This document shows, piece by piece, positions 22,401 through 36,205 of a stretch of DNA of 64,000 bases. This stretch comes from Takakia lepidozioides (lineage: Eukaryota; Plantae; Bryophyta): positions 36,766,001-36,830,000 of the forward strand of contig CM060734.1 in NCBI GenBank assembly GCA_030704615.1, given 5' to 3'. The notes below the pieces were generated by a model. That model was not told where the DNA came from, did not search any database, and saw only the letters and a list, made by a program, of their open reading frames with translations. How positions within the stretch are numbered: the first letter of the stretch is position 1; every line of letters begins with the position of its first letter. A program made the position numbers and the translations under genes.

Positions 22401-25400
22401 CAGATAACATGGACTCCTACTGTTGACACCAAATCGTCAGTTTTCATCTTTGCTTTATTCTCAAGGACATGCAGGCAACAAGACAATTTAAATGGTCTCC
22501 TCAATATCATCCTCCAATCAGATCCAGCAACCAATAAATAAAAGTGATCCACACACAGGCAGACCAAATGACCCTGCCATTGAAGCTAAAGGATGCAATG
22601 GTAATCCTGCCACACTATTCCGAAAGGAGCTTCAAAATGCAATGCACCCTTGAAGTAACTAATCTATTAAAACTGCAGATAAAACCCTGACAATAATGAC
22701 ACGACTCTGATTCCATAGACTATGATGTAAATAAGACCAATAACTGTGACAAATGATAAATGAATCACAAACCTGTGCAGTCTGCTGCTGTTGCTGCAAC
22801 TGGTGCACAGCTTGGTGAAGACTTGGCTGATTACTTTGCTGGACAACCCCTGCAGATGGTATAGGCTGCTGCTGGTGGACTCCCAACTGTGATGGTTTCT
22901 GTGAAGCAGAAGTGGCAAGCTGCTGCGGCATGCCCAAGTGTGGAGCACGCTGGAGTCCAGTGGAAGGGAACGCTGGCAGCACTCCTGGGTGGAACATAGA
23001 AAAAAGGCCTGGAGGAGTGGCCTGGGTGAACCCATTCGTTGAACACATCTGGCGAATGAATTTCTGTATCCCGCTAATGCTCACATTGTCTTGATCAATC
23101 TGCTGGCCAGACCGCTGCCCAAACAGAGCAAATGCAAGGCTGTCAGCCCCCAACACAGCAGTTCCCATGCCCATGGTTGTTCCCAGGCTCGGAGGAGCCA
23201 CCATGCCTTGATTAATCTTCTGAGAAGCAATTTCTGCCTCTGTAGGAGGTAATGTGCCCACCTTCTGTTGATTTGGACCCCCAGAGCCGGCATTGTTGCT
23301 ACTGGTGTCAGAATCCTCAGCCTTTCGCTTGCGACTTCCACCACCCCTTCCACCTGAATTGCCCATTCCATCAGGGGGTGCAAATCCCAGCTTGGCCTTA
23401 GAATTTTGAAAGTAGGTCTTGATCTGTGTCAGTGACTTTGCTGGCAAGCTTTCATGCAGCAGTACCCAGTCCTTGCCATGTTTCCTTATTATCTCCGCAA
23501 ACTTCTCTTTCTCTTCTTGTGTCCATGAGGTAGGCTCTCTCCTAGGCTTGCCCTCCCCTCCTGCCCCCATTCTCACAGCCTTTTCCCTAGGCTGGTGTGC
23601 ACTGTGGATAGATGCCGTGGTTGAGATCAAGGCAGCTGCAGAATGCACCACAGTGGGCGGCACTGGAGGTAGCCGAGCTGCCTCTGTGGTTGCAGAAATG
23701 ACCACTGGAGGCGACCCAGGCTCAGGTTTCACGAGAACTTTGCCTGACGCCTTGGGCTCCTGTTTTCCCACCAACATCATCCCAGAAATTCCCACAAGAG
23801 CAGCCACTGCCTGATCCGCTGCTGTCTCTCTCTCAACCTCTATGGGAGCCATTATGCTTCGATCAGCCTTGGCATCTTCGCGGTCTTCCTCTTCCATTTT
23901 AGACATCCCAGCATGTGCGAAATCAGGAGTGTCTGCTGTGGCTACAACCTCCTCTGAGAGCTCATCCTTGACCTCTTGTACCTGCTGGCCTTGCTCAACT
24001 GGGTTGCACCCTGTCGTCATGCCTGTGCTACTTGAAGCTTCTGGCTTCATTGAAGTGGTTTCCCCCAAAACTGCAGCTGCAGGATCAACCATGCTCATGT
24101 CCGATACCAAGCCTTTCGAAGCATCTTCGGCACTCTCATGCAGACTGTCAGTGCTGATTGGTTCATCCAAACCCTCGGCTGTCTTGGCTTCAGCGACATC
24201 GACAGTACTAGTCCCTGCTTCCTCTGCTCGGTCAATTTCAACTTTCACCGCCTCCAACCTCTCGCCTTCAAAGGAAGCCGTCTCAAATTTTATGCTGCTG
24301 ACACACAGCTCCACATCTACAACGGTGGGCTTCACGTCCTCCATCACCTCCTCTGCAGCTTTTGACTCATCAGCCAACAAAGCAGCTTCGGCATTGGCAT
24401 GCAATGTCGACTGGAACTGCTCTACCAGCTGGTCAAGCCCCAAGCGTTTGCGAGTCTTGCTGAAGAAAGCTTTGCACTGAAGTTGGCTCTTGGACCCCAC
24501 ATGTATTGCAATGCTTTGAAAATCCTTCCCAAACATTGCTACAGCATCAGTGAAGAGTTGTCTCTCCCCATCAGTCCACTGCGAGTCCATCTGGAGAACA
24601 TAAACATCTCAGATTGGTTACTTGTTAATGTGTTAAGACAAAGGATACAGCCATTATATTATTTATCCTGATCAGACATCTCCAACAACAACAAATGGTT
24701 CTTATGAGACAGCTGAGATGCACCAAAGATAGGTGCAAGACCACAAGTGCTAAAACTGCTTACAATAGTAGTACAGAAAATGCGTATTGGAGCTGTTATC
24801 GACTGAGTGACTGTGAACGCAGCCATCAACCATGGTTACCCACCTCTTCCACAGTTGACTTGGGAAATTCTCGCCGCACGTGCACACTCCGAGCACCCCT
24901 TGATCCTGCAGTGTGCTGCTCCAGTTGGGAATTTCTGATGGTTGAAGGCCCAGCCCCTGAAGCACTCTTCAATGAGGTTCTTTCCCGACAGATTTTAATG
25001 GGAGGTGTGGCAGAGCTTAAACCACAAGGGGTGGTTGCTAGGGAGGAGGCAGCTGCTGCCACAGCAAGAAGGTTGCTTGCAGCAGCCTTGCTTTCCTTCA
25101 GGACACTCTTAGTACTCTCCAGACAAGAAGGAAGAGATGATGGATCAATGCTGGATGCATTCCCCCTCGAGCGATCACAAACCTTATGGTGGGCACTACT
25201 TCTGACAGGCTTCGAACCCACCAACAGGGCTGATGCAGCAGCAGCTGCCATAGTCGAGGCCTCTACACGGGCAGCATTAGCTTCGCGGTGTCGATTGCTT
25301 GCTGGTGTGGTGGTTGCAAGATAGGAGGCACTTGCTCGTGAATAGTCCCGTCGCTTCTTTAGCTGCTGCCGACGTCGTATTTTATCAAAGTCCTCAGACT

Positions 25401-28400
25401 TCTGATTCCGATAGTAAAATTCTACACAATCAGCTGTTGTTTTGTGGTCCAAGTGCTGTGAAATCTTATTGAAATTCTTGTTATAAATGGCGAACTTCTC
25501 CAGGAAATTTTTTTTCTCCTCTTCTGTCCATGGGTTGATAGTACCGCGCTCCTGCTCCAAAGCAACAGGGTCCTCCACAAGTGCATTTGTATTTACAAAC
25601 CTGCGGAAGAATCGCTCCTTCTCATCCAAGATCATGGCTGGCATCTTTTGAATAGACCTCAAATGCTCCACATGAATGCCTGCCATTAATTTCTTCATTG
25701 CCTGGGCTTCCTCTGATGCGGCATCCAGCCTACCAGAACCTGCCATATAACAGACAGGTGCGCGTTTTCTTTGAACAAGAGTGTGGATGGGAAGGAACAA
25801 GCAGTAAGGCAAAAGAGATGGACACAACGCTCCCTTTCCTTTTCTTTGACCCAGAAGCTACAGAGAGCAAAGAACTTTTGGGAAATGCATATCCACTTTT
25901 CCAACTCGGCAAAAATCCATAACAATCATTACCGGTGACTGACTATAGAGGGTGCCCATCACAGCATGACCAGAGGGATTCCAACCCAGACAATCCCCAG
26001 GTATGCCAGGTGTGACAAAGCGTGTTGCAGTGGCGTACATCCTGGGACACCAGATACACATCAGAGAGAAGGGTTTCATGACACTAACCCCTTATTATCC
26101 TGCCTTGATCAGATTGGTTGCAACATTTGCTCCACTATGACCAGTCTTGTCAATATTAGCACACCAGTTGCATTTGGGACCTCAGTCTACAGCAGTATAC
26201 TTCAAAGAGGGGCCCATCAAGAAGGTTGGACAGAGTTTGAAGGAAACTACCCAACAAAAAACAAAGATTAAGTAGCACATAATACACACCTGACTGAATG
26301 GGCCGCAACCGAAGAGAGGATCGCTGACTGGGTGGTGCATAACCATTACGGCGCTCGATCTCCCACCTGCGAACTGCCTTTGTTCGATCCCTTCGCTGGC
26401 GAAGCCCACGTTGCTCCTGCCTCCAGGCATCTTTTAGAGCTCGAAACCTCATGGTTAGAACCCGCTCCTTAAACTTCAGGCAGTGATGCCGTTCCGTGAG
26501 CTTCTCCACCATGCGTCCCTGATTCCTGTTATGGCTTTCCATATTTAGTTGCCAAACCGGCGCTTCAGCAGGGGAGGAATACAACCGACCTCCACCCTCA
26601 CACTCAAGGTCCTGAGGAATAAGGTGCACAAATGCATCTGCAGCATGCCGTGCTTGTTCTTGGTTCTCCATCATCAAAGTATTGGCCAAGCTCCTAGGAT
26701 CTTCCAGAACCACTCTTGCACATGTCATGACCTCAGCTTCCGTCCCCAACTTAGCTGCAATGGTCCCCAGCTGAGCCATACAACCAGCCTTTGAGCCAGG
26801 TTCCTGTGCATCAAGAATTTCTGTTCCAATAGCAGGGTTCGATGATAGTTGAAGCTGCTTACACTCCAACTCATCAAGGCCCCTTGATTTGGGTCCACCT
26901 TCATCCACCACTTCTTTCAGTTCTCCATCCTCCAGCACAGGCACAACCTTGCTCATCTCCACATTGACAACTTCAAGCAGTTTTTCTGCAGATGGCATCT
27001 GCACGTCAGGTACTCTCTCACTGACTCCACCATTTTCTTGTGAGACCATGCACTCTAGAACCACATCCCCCAATGGAGAGCAAGCCGCAGCTTCAGAGGG
27101 CTGTAAAGCGACAGTACAACTTTCCCCACCATCACCAGCAGAGGTTGACACTTCTGGGAGTTCTTCCTCCATAGCCTCAGGCCCATCCACTCCTTTTTCT
27201 CCTCTGACAGGTGATTGCACAACAGAACACATCTCCATGGAAGAGTCTCTACCTGTTTCCAAACCACCAAAACCCTCTGCAACCTCACCACTAACAACAA
27301 TCTCCAGCTTCGCAATCTCCTTCTCAACCTGATCAATCTCAAACTCAACCTTCTCAACTCTTTGCAAAATTGCTTCTTTTGTCCAACCACCCAAGTCCTT
27401 TCCCAACAACACATCTGGCACTAATACTGAAGGGTCTTCCATGGTAGGTTCTTCAACAGTAGACAACTCTGTTGGCATAGAGTCAAACTTGTCTAATTTC
27501 TTTCCAGATTCAGAATTCTCAGCCATATGAAGTAGATCGCCCGGCTCAGTAACAACAACCGAGTCGGACTCTACATTTGCAGAAGCATCAGTTTTCAAGG
27601 TCTTCTTCTCCATGGCAACCTCAATCTGATCGTGACATTCCTGTGCCTGCACAGCTGCTTCATCCATAAGGATTCCAGGGTTTGAAGTAAGGCGCGAGTC
27701 CTGCTCCGATGATCCGCAATCAACAGTTGACAGTGGTACACCTACATTCTCAGACAGAAATAATAAGAATCTGGCTCACAGATTGTACACAGGCAGCATG
27801 TAAAATTTGAAATAAGCTGCCAAACAAAGTGTGCAATTAGCAAAATCACAATACCAAATCAACAATCATACCTCCATACCAGCTTCGAAAGACTTTCTAC
27901 AGATCTGGACTAGAAAGTTTAATAAGCCAAATATCTGCAACAAGAAGCTATCCGCTTCATGAAATTCGTTGCAAATCTCATGAAAACGCAGAGCTCAGGT
28001 GATGGGGGGTTCGAGAGATGAAAGTGGGCCTCCGCTAGCTTAACAACACATCCCTGATTATCCTGTTCAAATAATGCCCAGCTGTCTGTAGACAGCCTAG
28101 TTGGAGACTACACGAAATGAGAACAGAAATAGAAGAGAAGTTGCAACAAAGCACTTACTGTCACTTGGCTGGTTTGAAGGTGAAACTGGAGGCACAGAAG
28201 TTGACCCAGGGGAGCACAGGTCTGGAGGTACTTGAGTTTCCTCAACAGCCTGTGAGTCATGATTTCGTGGCCCGTCAACCCCAGTCCCACTTCCAGAGGG
28301 TGTGGTAGCAGCACCTTCAGACACCACCGATCCAGAGTGGGGGACACCATCATCACTGTCCCATACTTTCTTCTTCTCATACTTTGCCAATCCCTGGCCC

Positions 28401-29923
28401 CATCCAAGTCGTGGCCGTTTTGGTGGGGATGGATGACTTCCTTCATCACGGCCCGGCTCAAGGCTAGCTGAAGGAGAAGTGGAATGGGAAGGGTTTTGAG
28501 GGGAAGACAATGCTGCAGACCCATCCAGCCCGTGAGCTTTAAGAACCGGGTCCTTGGAAGTCCCATTGCCAACTAAGCCCCATGAAGAAGAGTTAGCAGA
28601 CCCCATCCTGTCCCGTTTGCGCCAGTCATGTGATGCATGAGCCGGATCTTTGCTGTCTCCAAAATGGCTCTCGCGAGCACCACCACCATATCTGTCAAGT
28701 CTACTTCCTTCCAGTTCTTTATCACCTACGGTCCAGTCCCTTCCACTGTCAAATTGTGAGAAAGCCCCCACCCTCCTGCTGTACAAATCAGGTTTGCTGC
28801 GTAGCCTATCTCGGTGATCCCTCTCTGGTCTCTGGGACAACTCCCAATTGGCACTGCTGCTGACTCCCTTTGACCTATCACGATCCCAGGATGAAGTATC
28901 TGGTTCTGAATACCCTGGTGGGTGGTAGGGATGCAAAGTCTGATCCATTACAGCAGAGCTACCCGCATCCCTTCCATCCCCTGAAGAAAGGTAAGGCTCC
29001 CTGCTGTGCTGATCCTCCGAGTCCTTTAATCGATAATCAATGCCAAGACCTCCACTGAGGACAGGACTCACAGCAGCAGCCCCAGTCCCTACATGAAATG
29101 GATCCCTCTCAAATTTCCGGGCCAGGCCATTCTCTACAGGTGGAATTGCACCAAAATTTGATGCAGGGTCTGAGACTCGTCCTCCTGTAGTGCTGTGTCG
29201 GCTATTCTCAGAATAAAAGCCATTGTGCCGACCTACAAACACAGAAGCAACTTAATAATCCACAAGCAAAAGTTGGAAAAGTTTTTAACCACATGAAAAC
29301 AAACCAAAAAAAATACAGAGTTTCATTCATAAGAAGATGAAAATCTAGACACCGGAAAAGGCTGCCTGGGTCCAGGCCAAACTTTCAACCAGGAAAATGA
29401 TTGTGGATCTTGAAAAGGAGGGAAAACAAGAGATATCATGAGTTGCCTAGTTTCAGGCCCAGCCTTCCCACAACTTGCTCCGACCAACACACAACAGTAT
29501 AGAGATGAAGCTACCCTCACCAGGTGCTGAATCTCAACTGTCATAAAACTTGTGACTTGTGAGTGGGAAGACAAGATACTGTGCCATAAGAAGAAAGCTC
29601 ATGTGCACATGATGATTGTATTTTCTTGGTCGCTATCATGTCCGAGCAAATTTTAGCTTAACGAGAGGTGCTCGGCATTCTACACTGACATGTCTGTAGG
29701 ATTACAACAGCAGATACATACCTTGGATTCTTCGCTTGCCAGGAGGCCCAATGGAATTTCCATTCATCGATGTTATTCCATTGACTCTTTGAAAAGGTAC
29801 ACCAGACGAGGCTCGGTCTGCACTCCAGTCCCTCTTTCCCGCAACCACTCTGTCGCCTCGGTCTAATCTAACATCTCTGCTGTAGGGTTCTCTATGCCAG
29901 GTTGGGGCATGTTCGGTAGGCAT
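19425..29923 (-). CDS. PWR: POWERDRESS-like (NCoR/SMRT-like) SANT-domain corepressor subunit
   Basis: Exons 29923-29722, 29232-28159, 27741-26290, 25739-24844, 24590-22773, 22177-22028, 21822-21565, 21239-19425. Motifs KRPRLGWGQGLAKYEKKKV, LKFKERVLTMRFRALKDAW, KMPAMILD, NPWTEEEK (SANT), WTDGE..FFSKTRKRLGLD (SANT), GDVKLFG and Q-rich tracts. Confidence 0.9.
21146..21182 (-). repeat. Coding hexanucleotide repeat (GCTCAA)n encoding QAQAQAQAQA
   Basis: (ttgagc)n on the + strand, inside the last PWR exon. Confidence 0.85.
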
Positions 29924-32900
29924 GGAAGAGGACGAGTCACGAGCATTCGGTGGGGCAGACGCTCGGGCATCACCCCCACTTGGACTAAACATCTGCCCTT
30001 TCCTCACTTCCTCAACCTCCCAATGCTCTCTTTGGCCGAAAGGTAGCCAGAAGAAAGGGGCGTGGACCCCGTCCTCGGAAGATTACGCTCCCACCGCATC
30101 GCTTGGAGGAATGTGCGACCACAGCCCTCTGAAGACCGCTTTTCAAGCTTGCGTAGGATGGACCACACATATAATGATGTTGTTTAGACCGAGGCCACCG
30201 TCTTGCAGACAATCACAGCTCTTGCACTGTGACAAGAGACTCTTTTCCTGCCTCTGTATCTATCTATGACTTCTCTCCTTGATGCGTCACAAATGAAAAT
30301 AGCAGCTTCAGATAAGTAGAACAAAACATGAGATGCAAAGACTCTCTCTTCGGTTTAGATCAAATAGACCATTGATCTCTGAAGTCTAGGAGTCTCGGAA
30401 GCACCTACAGTGCTCACTACCGGAAGAACTCACTCATCAGGTCTTTGAAACTGCAGGGCCCGTACTATCATGGCGGCTCGATCTATAACCTAACCAGGCA
30501 AGAAACATGATGTTGAAAAAAAGGCCTGTGACTCCGCAGTCCCATCCTATATTCCCCATGTCTTCAAACTGGAATGGTATCCGCTCCACACCACACTGAC
30601 ACCGCTCTATCAACCACCTCACCTCCAAAGTTCTTTTCATAGATGATTATGAAAATATAAAGGCCCAGGGCGCATCCCCGTGACCGTCCCAATCCACAAC
30701 TTGGATCGCGAGAGTGATCCACATCTCGAAACTTAACCCTACCGGCGTCAAACTGTGTTTCTGCTGGCAAGGACGGTCCACATGGTTACAAGACCTGCAT
30801 GGTAGACATGTTTTGTAAACTTGCAAATTCACAACCGGGGCTAATAAGACGCAACATCGAGCAAGCGCTCGTCGATAGCAAATCCGGTGCAACCTTGCTG
30901 TTCTTGCGCACAAACAACCACGAGGTTTTCGACACAAACGCCCCAAAACCACGGTCAAAACGCATTTCTGTCTCTTTCAACCCGTTCCCCAAACCGCCAA
31001 GGCAAACAACCACGAGCCTGGATGCAGAAACATCCCTCCCTCAGCACCCCAGCCAACGACCCTGCGACCAAATGCAAGAACGGCCAGACCAGCAACCCGC
31101 CTGTGCGCCAAACGAACCGGCCGAACTGCTCATCTATTCAACACCCCGGCCACACAATAAAACCTCCGGAAGGGGAAGCAAGCAAGAATGATGGTGCAAA
31201 GCTTGGGGTTTGCAAGTCAAGACGACGATGGTGATATCCCTAACCCTTGGCCGAAAGCGAAGAGAGAAGAAGGGCCAGGCCTAATGGCGCGGCCCTGCCC
31301 CGCCTCGCAGCGCGCAGTCGGTTGCATGTCTCCCCAGATTTTACCGCCATGGCCCCAAGCTGTAAAATCCCTGCGCACTGTGTGGCAGCCCGCTCCTCCT
31401 CCCTCCTCCGCACCCTCATCCCAGCATATCCCCTGGCGCCATTCCCCGCCCTTCTTCCCCGTAACTTCCCCTTCTTGTCATTTCCTCGTGTCTCTCTCCT
31501 CTTCCTGTTTTTATTATTACCGTCGTGCTAAAAGTGAACTCTGTCCCCACAGTCACCACCCTCCTCTTTCCTATTTCCTCACGTTCCCAGTCAAAAACTT
31601 TTCACTGCACAAATTAGTTGCAAGGTCGCCAAATTCGCCACCAAAAACACTGACCCACTATCTTTGGCGGTGATTTAGCAATGTTCTGTAAAAACCTACC
31701 CATCTCAACTTGGAAATTCAGTTTGTTTATACCAATCTTTAAATAACCCTTGACATAACAAGGGAACACCTTTACAATATGATTTCCAGGGCCTTCTCCC
31801 TCTTTTTAATTTATTTTTGGAGTCATGGGGTGTAACTGTACTTAAGTTGTTAGATAATTATAGTTGAGAGGGTTTTTATTTTCTCCGTCCCTTCTTTTTA
31901 TAAAGTCCTATTTGGGGGTTTGTGCCTTACGCCAAAGGAAAAATAAAGAAAAAAATTGTTGTTAGTGATATACAGTCAGATACTAACGCGAGTTTAGTAG
32001 CTCGAGTATTATGCTTTTCGAGCGTAGATGGGAAAAGCAATTTGAATGTCTGGTGACGAGGCTTTGTCTAATTAGGTAGTCACAAGAGCTAATCACTACA
32101 CAGCTATCTTTAGCTGTATTTACCAGTATGAGGTGAGATTAGGTATACGGAATTGACAAAAAGGAACTTAGGGCTTACCATTTCAAGTTTCCAGATGAGT
32201 AAATAGTCAATTCCAACAATTATTATAAAAAATATTGAAGACGTTAAAATGTTGAACCTAGTCAAGCTCTCTTGGATGTTGAACAAAAATATTCGGAATC
32301 AGAACATCCTGACCTCACAATGTAAAGAAAAACCCTGAAATTACTATTTACTGTTGTGAGAAGACAAAACCTGGTGGGGCACCGAGCGGAGACCTTTGTT
32401 GTTGCTCAAATAAGTTATTTCATTCATTCTTCGTGACAAAATTTGAAAAAATATCCTATTCACTTCCAAGTGACGCGGAACACTGGTAGAGGGAAAAAAA
32501 AATGCTTTTCTCATATAATGTCTTTATCTAAGTGTATCATCCATTTTTAAAACGGGAGACGCCCAGTAACAAATTGGGCCCAGTATGCCGGTTGGTGGAG
32601 GACTCAGGAACACCAACCTTACATCCATTTGAATACTTAAGTTAATCCTCCTTGAACGGAAGAAATCATGCCTGTGAGCTGCTGGGATGATATAGTATGG
32701 GAAGGACTGTGAGGATTTTGATGGGTTTTGGGGTGAAGTATGTACCTGTTGGTTCAGTTTGACATTAATGAGGCCTGCAACACATGTGTGCTATCAATAG
32801 AATATGTATTGACTGCATGTCAGAAGCTACCAAATGATGCCAAATTTGAACAGTTCCATGTGCTAGAAATAGGGTATGGATGGACGTCCCAGTGTATAAA

Positions 32901-35459
32901 TGGGTGAATGAAGAAACTCCAAACAACTCAAAAGCTGGATGAGTTTGAATGGATTTCCCTATGGGGCGGCAGCCATTGGTGGCCTGATTTGCAGGGGAGC
33001 CTGAAAAGGTGCGAGATGATGCCACCACCATAACTTAGGGTTTGGAGCCCTAATGGACGATTGGGCGGTTGGTTGATGCCCCTATCTTCTCGGCAGCCTC
33101 GCAGCTGCAGTTCATATGGTGTGGCACTTGCTCACTTGCTGTTCAAAGTATGGAAAGCCACGTTGATGAGCGGAGGTGGGGGTTTTACTACTTAACAGGT
33201 ATGGCCGAAACCCACCTGAGAATGAAAGCTTTTTAAAACAGAGTCATAATAACTGGTGCTCTGGGAGTATTCTCTGTTTAGAGCTAAATACAACCTGTAG
33301 TTATGACTGCGGATGGGCCTAGTTTGGAAAGCATAATGTGGTAATATCTCATTTTGACCACATCACTCCCCCCACTTTAAAGTGCCTCTTAAATGGCTTA
33401 GCCTCTGACATAGATATGTTATGTATTCTCTATCTATGTTATTATGTATATTCAATCCCCCACAGCATCTAGATGGCAGTGGGAGCCAATGATCAAACAA
33501 TTTGTTCTGGGAGGGCCCAAAGCAAAACTTATTATATAAAGAGTGACAAGCGCCATGATGACGATATACTCAGAAATGCAACTTCTAATGTACATTTGTC
33601 ATACAGTACTGCATTTCTGCAGCGAGGGACCCACTGTCAAGATTTCACATCAAGTTCATATCTCTCTCTATGCATACAACAAAACTGCTACCACTGTGGC
33701 ACTGAGGCATGGAGGGAGTATACCTGAGAAAGGTAATCAGACAATATTTTAGGGCAGTGGAGGCCTGCATGGTACACAAGGGACAATGTGGATTGCTCGA
33801 GGCATGAGGGTCGAAGGGTGGACGGCAAGAAGGAAGCATGTGACGTGATGAAAGGCCCACATGGCTGCTGCTGAGTCAGAGGGAGCCATTAATGGCAGAC
33901 AGACTGGTGGGTGCACAGCCTGAGCCATACACAGCGCCGCTGCCCTGCTACAGCGGCCACGCCCCCGCACACGGAACCCGGCGTCCTTAGTGAAAAAGTC
34001 GCGCTGCCTTGAATGCAGCCGTGCCCTGGATAACAATGTGATAAGAAGTGCTTGCATGCTGATGATGTCCACTGCGACTACTAAGCGACACATAAGAAGT
34101 CGGGAAGCAATGCCTTCGGCGTGGATCCCAGAGCCCGCTACACTTTGAATTCAGGTACTCTAGTCAGCCTCATTTCGCGGAGTGTACACTGTAAAGTGAG
34201 GTGACTCTCCACAGTTTGAATTGAACTCACAAAAGGCCAAATATAGCTACGCAGATCTTTGTTGATTCAAAGTAGGCTCTCTTTTTGCCACAACTGAAGC
34301 CTCAATACAAGGCGGTAACGGCGGGTCGTTGACTCGATGCATGAATATAGAATGATTGTTGCTCAAGCTTGCTACCACCACGGTGAGTGAAGTTACAAGG
34401 TACCTACTAGATGTGCTGCCTCTAGTTTAGTTACTGCATGTGCTATCCAGAAATACTCGCTAATACGATATGTAGGAGCATGCATTTGTACAAACCAGGC
34501 CCAGAAGGTTCCTGGTAAGTCCTCCTCACCTGTCTTGCCGTGCACGGCCCCTCTGCACTACACACCTTCTTACACATGGAAGTTAGCAGTAAGTACCTGG
34601 ATTACAGCCTTTTTTAAAGTTGCTGAAACAACGACAAAAGCATCTTTGCCACCAAAAGGACCTAGAAATTCTCTACAACTGACTTGTGGCCTTGTGATTG
34701 GAAGGAGCATATTCCAAGGGCCCACACAGCATCCCCAAGCAGAGCACCGCGAACGAAACAAGAGCAAGTGCGACAGGTCGATAGAAACAGCCTCATGTTG
34801 CGCAGTCCGTGATGCACAAAAGGTTCGTGACCCTCCCTCCCACGCTGCTGTACCGCGTTACAAAATGTGCGCTGCGGATAATGCAACGGGTTGCTGAGCT
34901 TCAAATCGCGGCGCAATCCAGCTGCCTTCACCCACCTAACCCTCCCTCTCCCCCGCTCGTACTCTCTGTCTGTGAGCCAGATTTGAAAACACTAACCTCT
35001 TTTTGGAACACTCACCGATCCACCGAATCCCACCGGCCTTTTCCTATACTATTATTTGTTTGCTTTTTGTGGGGCAGCCAGTGGGGCCGTCGCCTAAGGC
35101 CCACCAAGCAGCGTTGAACGTCCAATAAGCCAGCCTTGTGCGCCTCATTTGTTTGGCGTGACTCCCTCGCTTTATCCCATATCGATTGCATCCAATTCCC
35201 GCGGTGATACCAATGCATTCTCGCACTCTATCTCGGACAACCGTTGGATCCAAACGTGCGCCATCTTGCGTTCCAGAAAGCTGCACTCCTCCTTCATGGA
35301 AGAGAGAGAGAGAGAGATTGAGAGAGAGAGGCACACAAGGCTCGCAGGCAGAGCTGTAGAGGTGAAGACGTGATTGGATCAATGCTTGTAGAAGGAGGAG
35401 AGACTGTACGTCGCGGCGCGGCTAGAGGTTTGAGAAGTCGTGGCCGCTTGGCAAGTGTA

Positions 35460-36205
35460 ATGTTTGAACAAAAGCAAATGTTTTCTTGTGCGTTTGTTTC
35501 ATGGCAGATCTGTTGATGTCTCACCTCTTGGTACATAGGATGGTCCGTCTTGGTAGACAGCGCCGGCATCGACACGCTATTAGAGATCTGAACATTTTCA
35601 ATTCGCGTGAGCAGTTTCGTAGCTAACATTGAAGTTTGCATGGAAAGTTCTGCGTTTTGCCCTTGCTGGATCATCGTATCCTACTGGAAGTAATATCCTT
35701 CCCGGTACATGTTTGAACAAAAGCAAATGTTTTCTTGTGCGTTTGTTCATGGCAGACCTATTGATGTCTGACCTCTTGGTGCATAGGATGGTCCGTCTTG
35801 GTAGACAGCGCCGGCATCGACACGCTATTAGAGATCTGAACATTTTGAATTCGCGTGAGCAGTTTCGAAGCTAACATTGAAGTTTGTATGGAAAGTTCTG
35901 CATTTTGCCCTTGCTGGATCCTCGTATCCTACTGGAAGTAATATCCTTCCCGGTACATGTTTGAACAAAAGCAAATGTTTTCTTGTGAGTTTGTTCATGG
36001 CAGACCTATCGCTTCTGACCTCTTGGTACATAGGATGGTCCGTCTTGGTAGACAGCGCCGGCATCGACACGCTATTAGAGATCTGAACATTTTGAATTCG
36101 CGTGAGCAGTTTCGAAGCTAACATTGAAGTTTGTATGGAAAGTTCTGCATTTTTCCCTTGCTGGATCATCGTATGCTACTGGAGGTAATATCCTTCCCGG
36201 TACAT
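35460..36205. repeat. Tandem triplication of a ~249-bp unit
   Basis: atgtttgaacaaaagcaaatg...aatatccttcccggtac starts at 35460, 35709 and 35957; copies are highly similar. Confidence 0.95.

Noticed and set aside
19639-28863. Many + strand ORFs over PWR (e.g. 21544-22083, 23842-24480, 24695-25324)
   Set aside because: Antisense shadows of low-complexity coding exons.
32549-32568. GACGCCCAGTA resembling the piggyBac TIR
   Set aside because: Lacks the TTAA-CCC terminus and a partner end; likely chance.
31700-34900. Short ORFs in the PWR upstream intergenic region
   Set aside because: No recognisable motifs or consistent exon structure.
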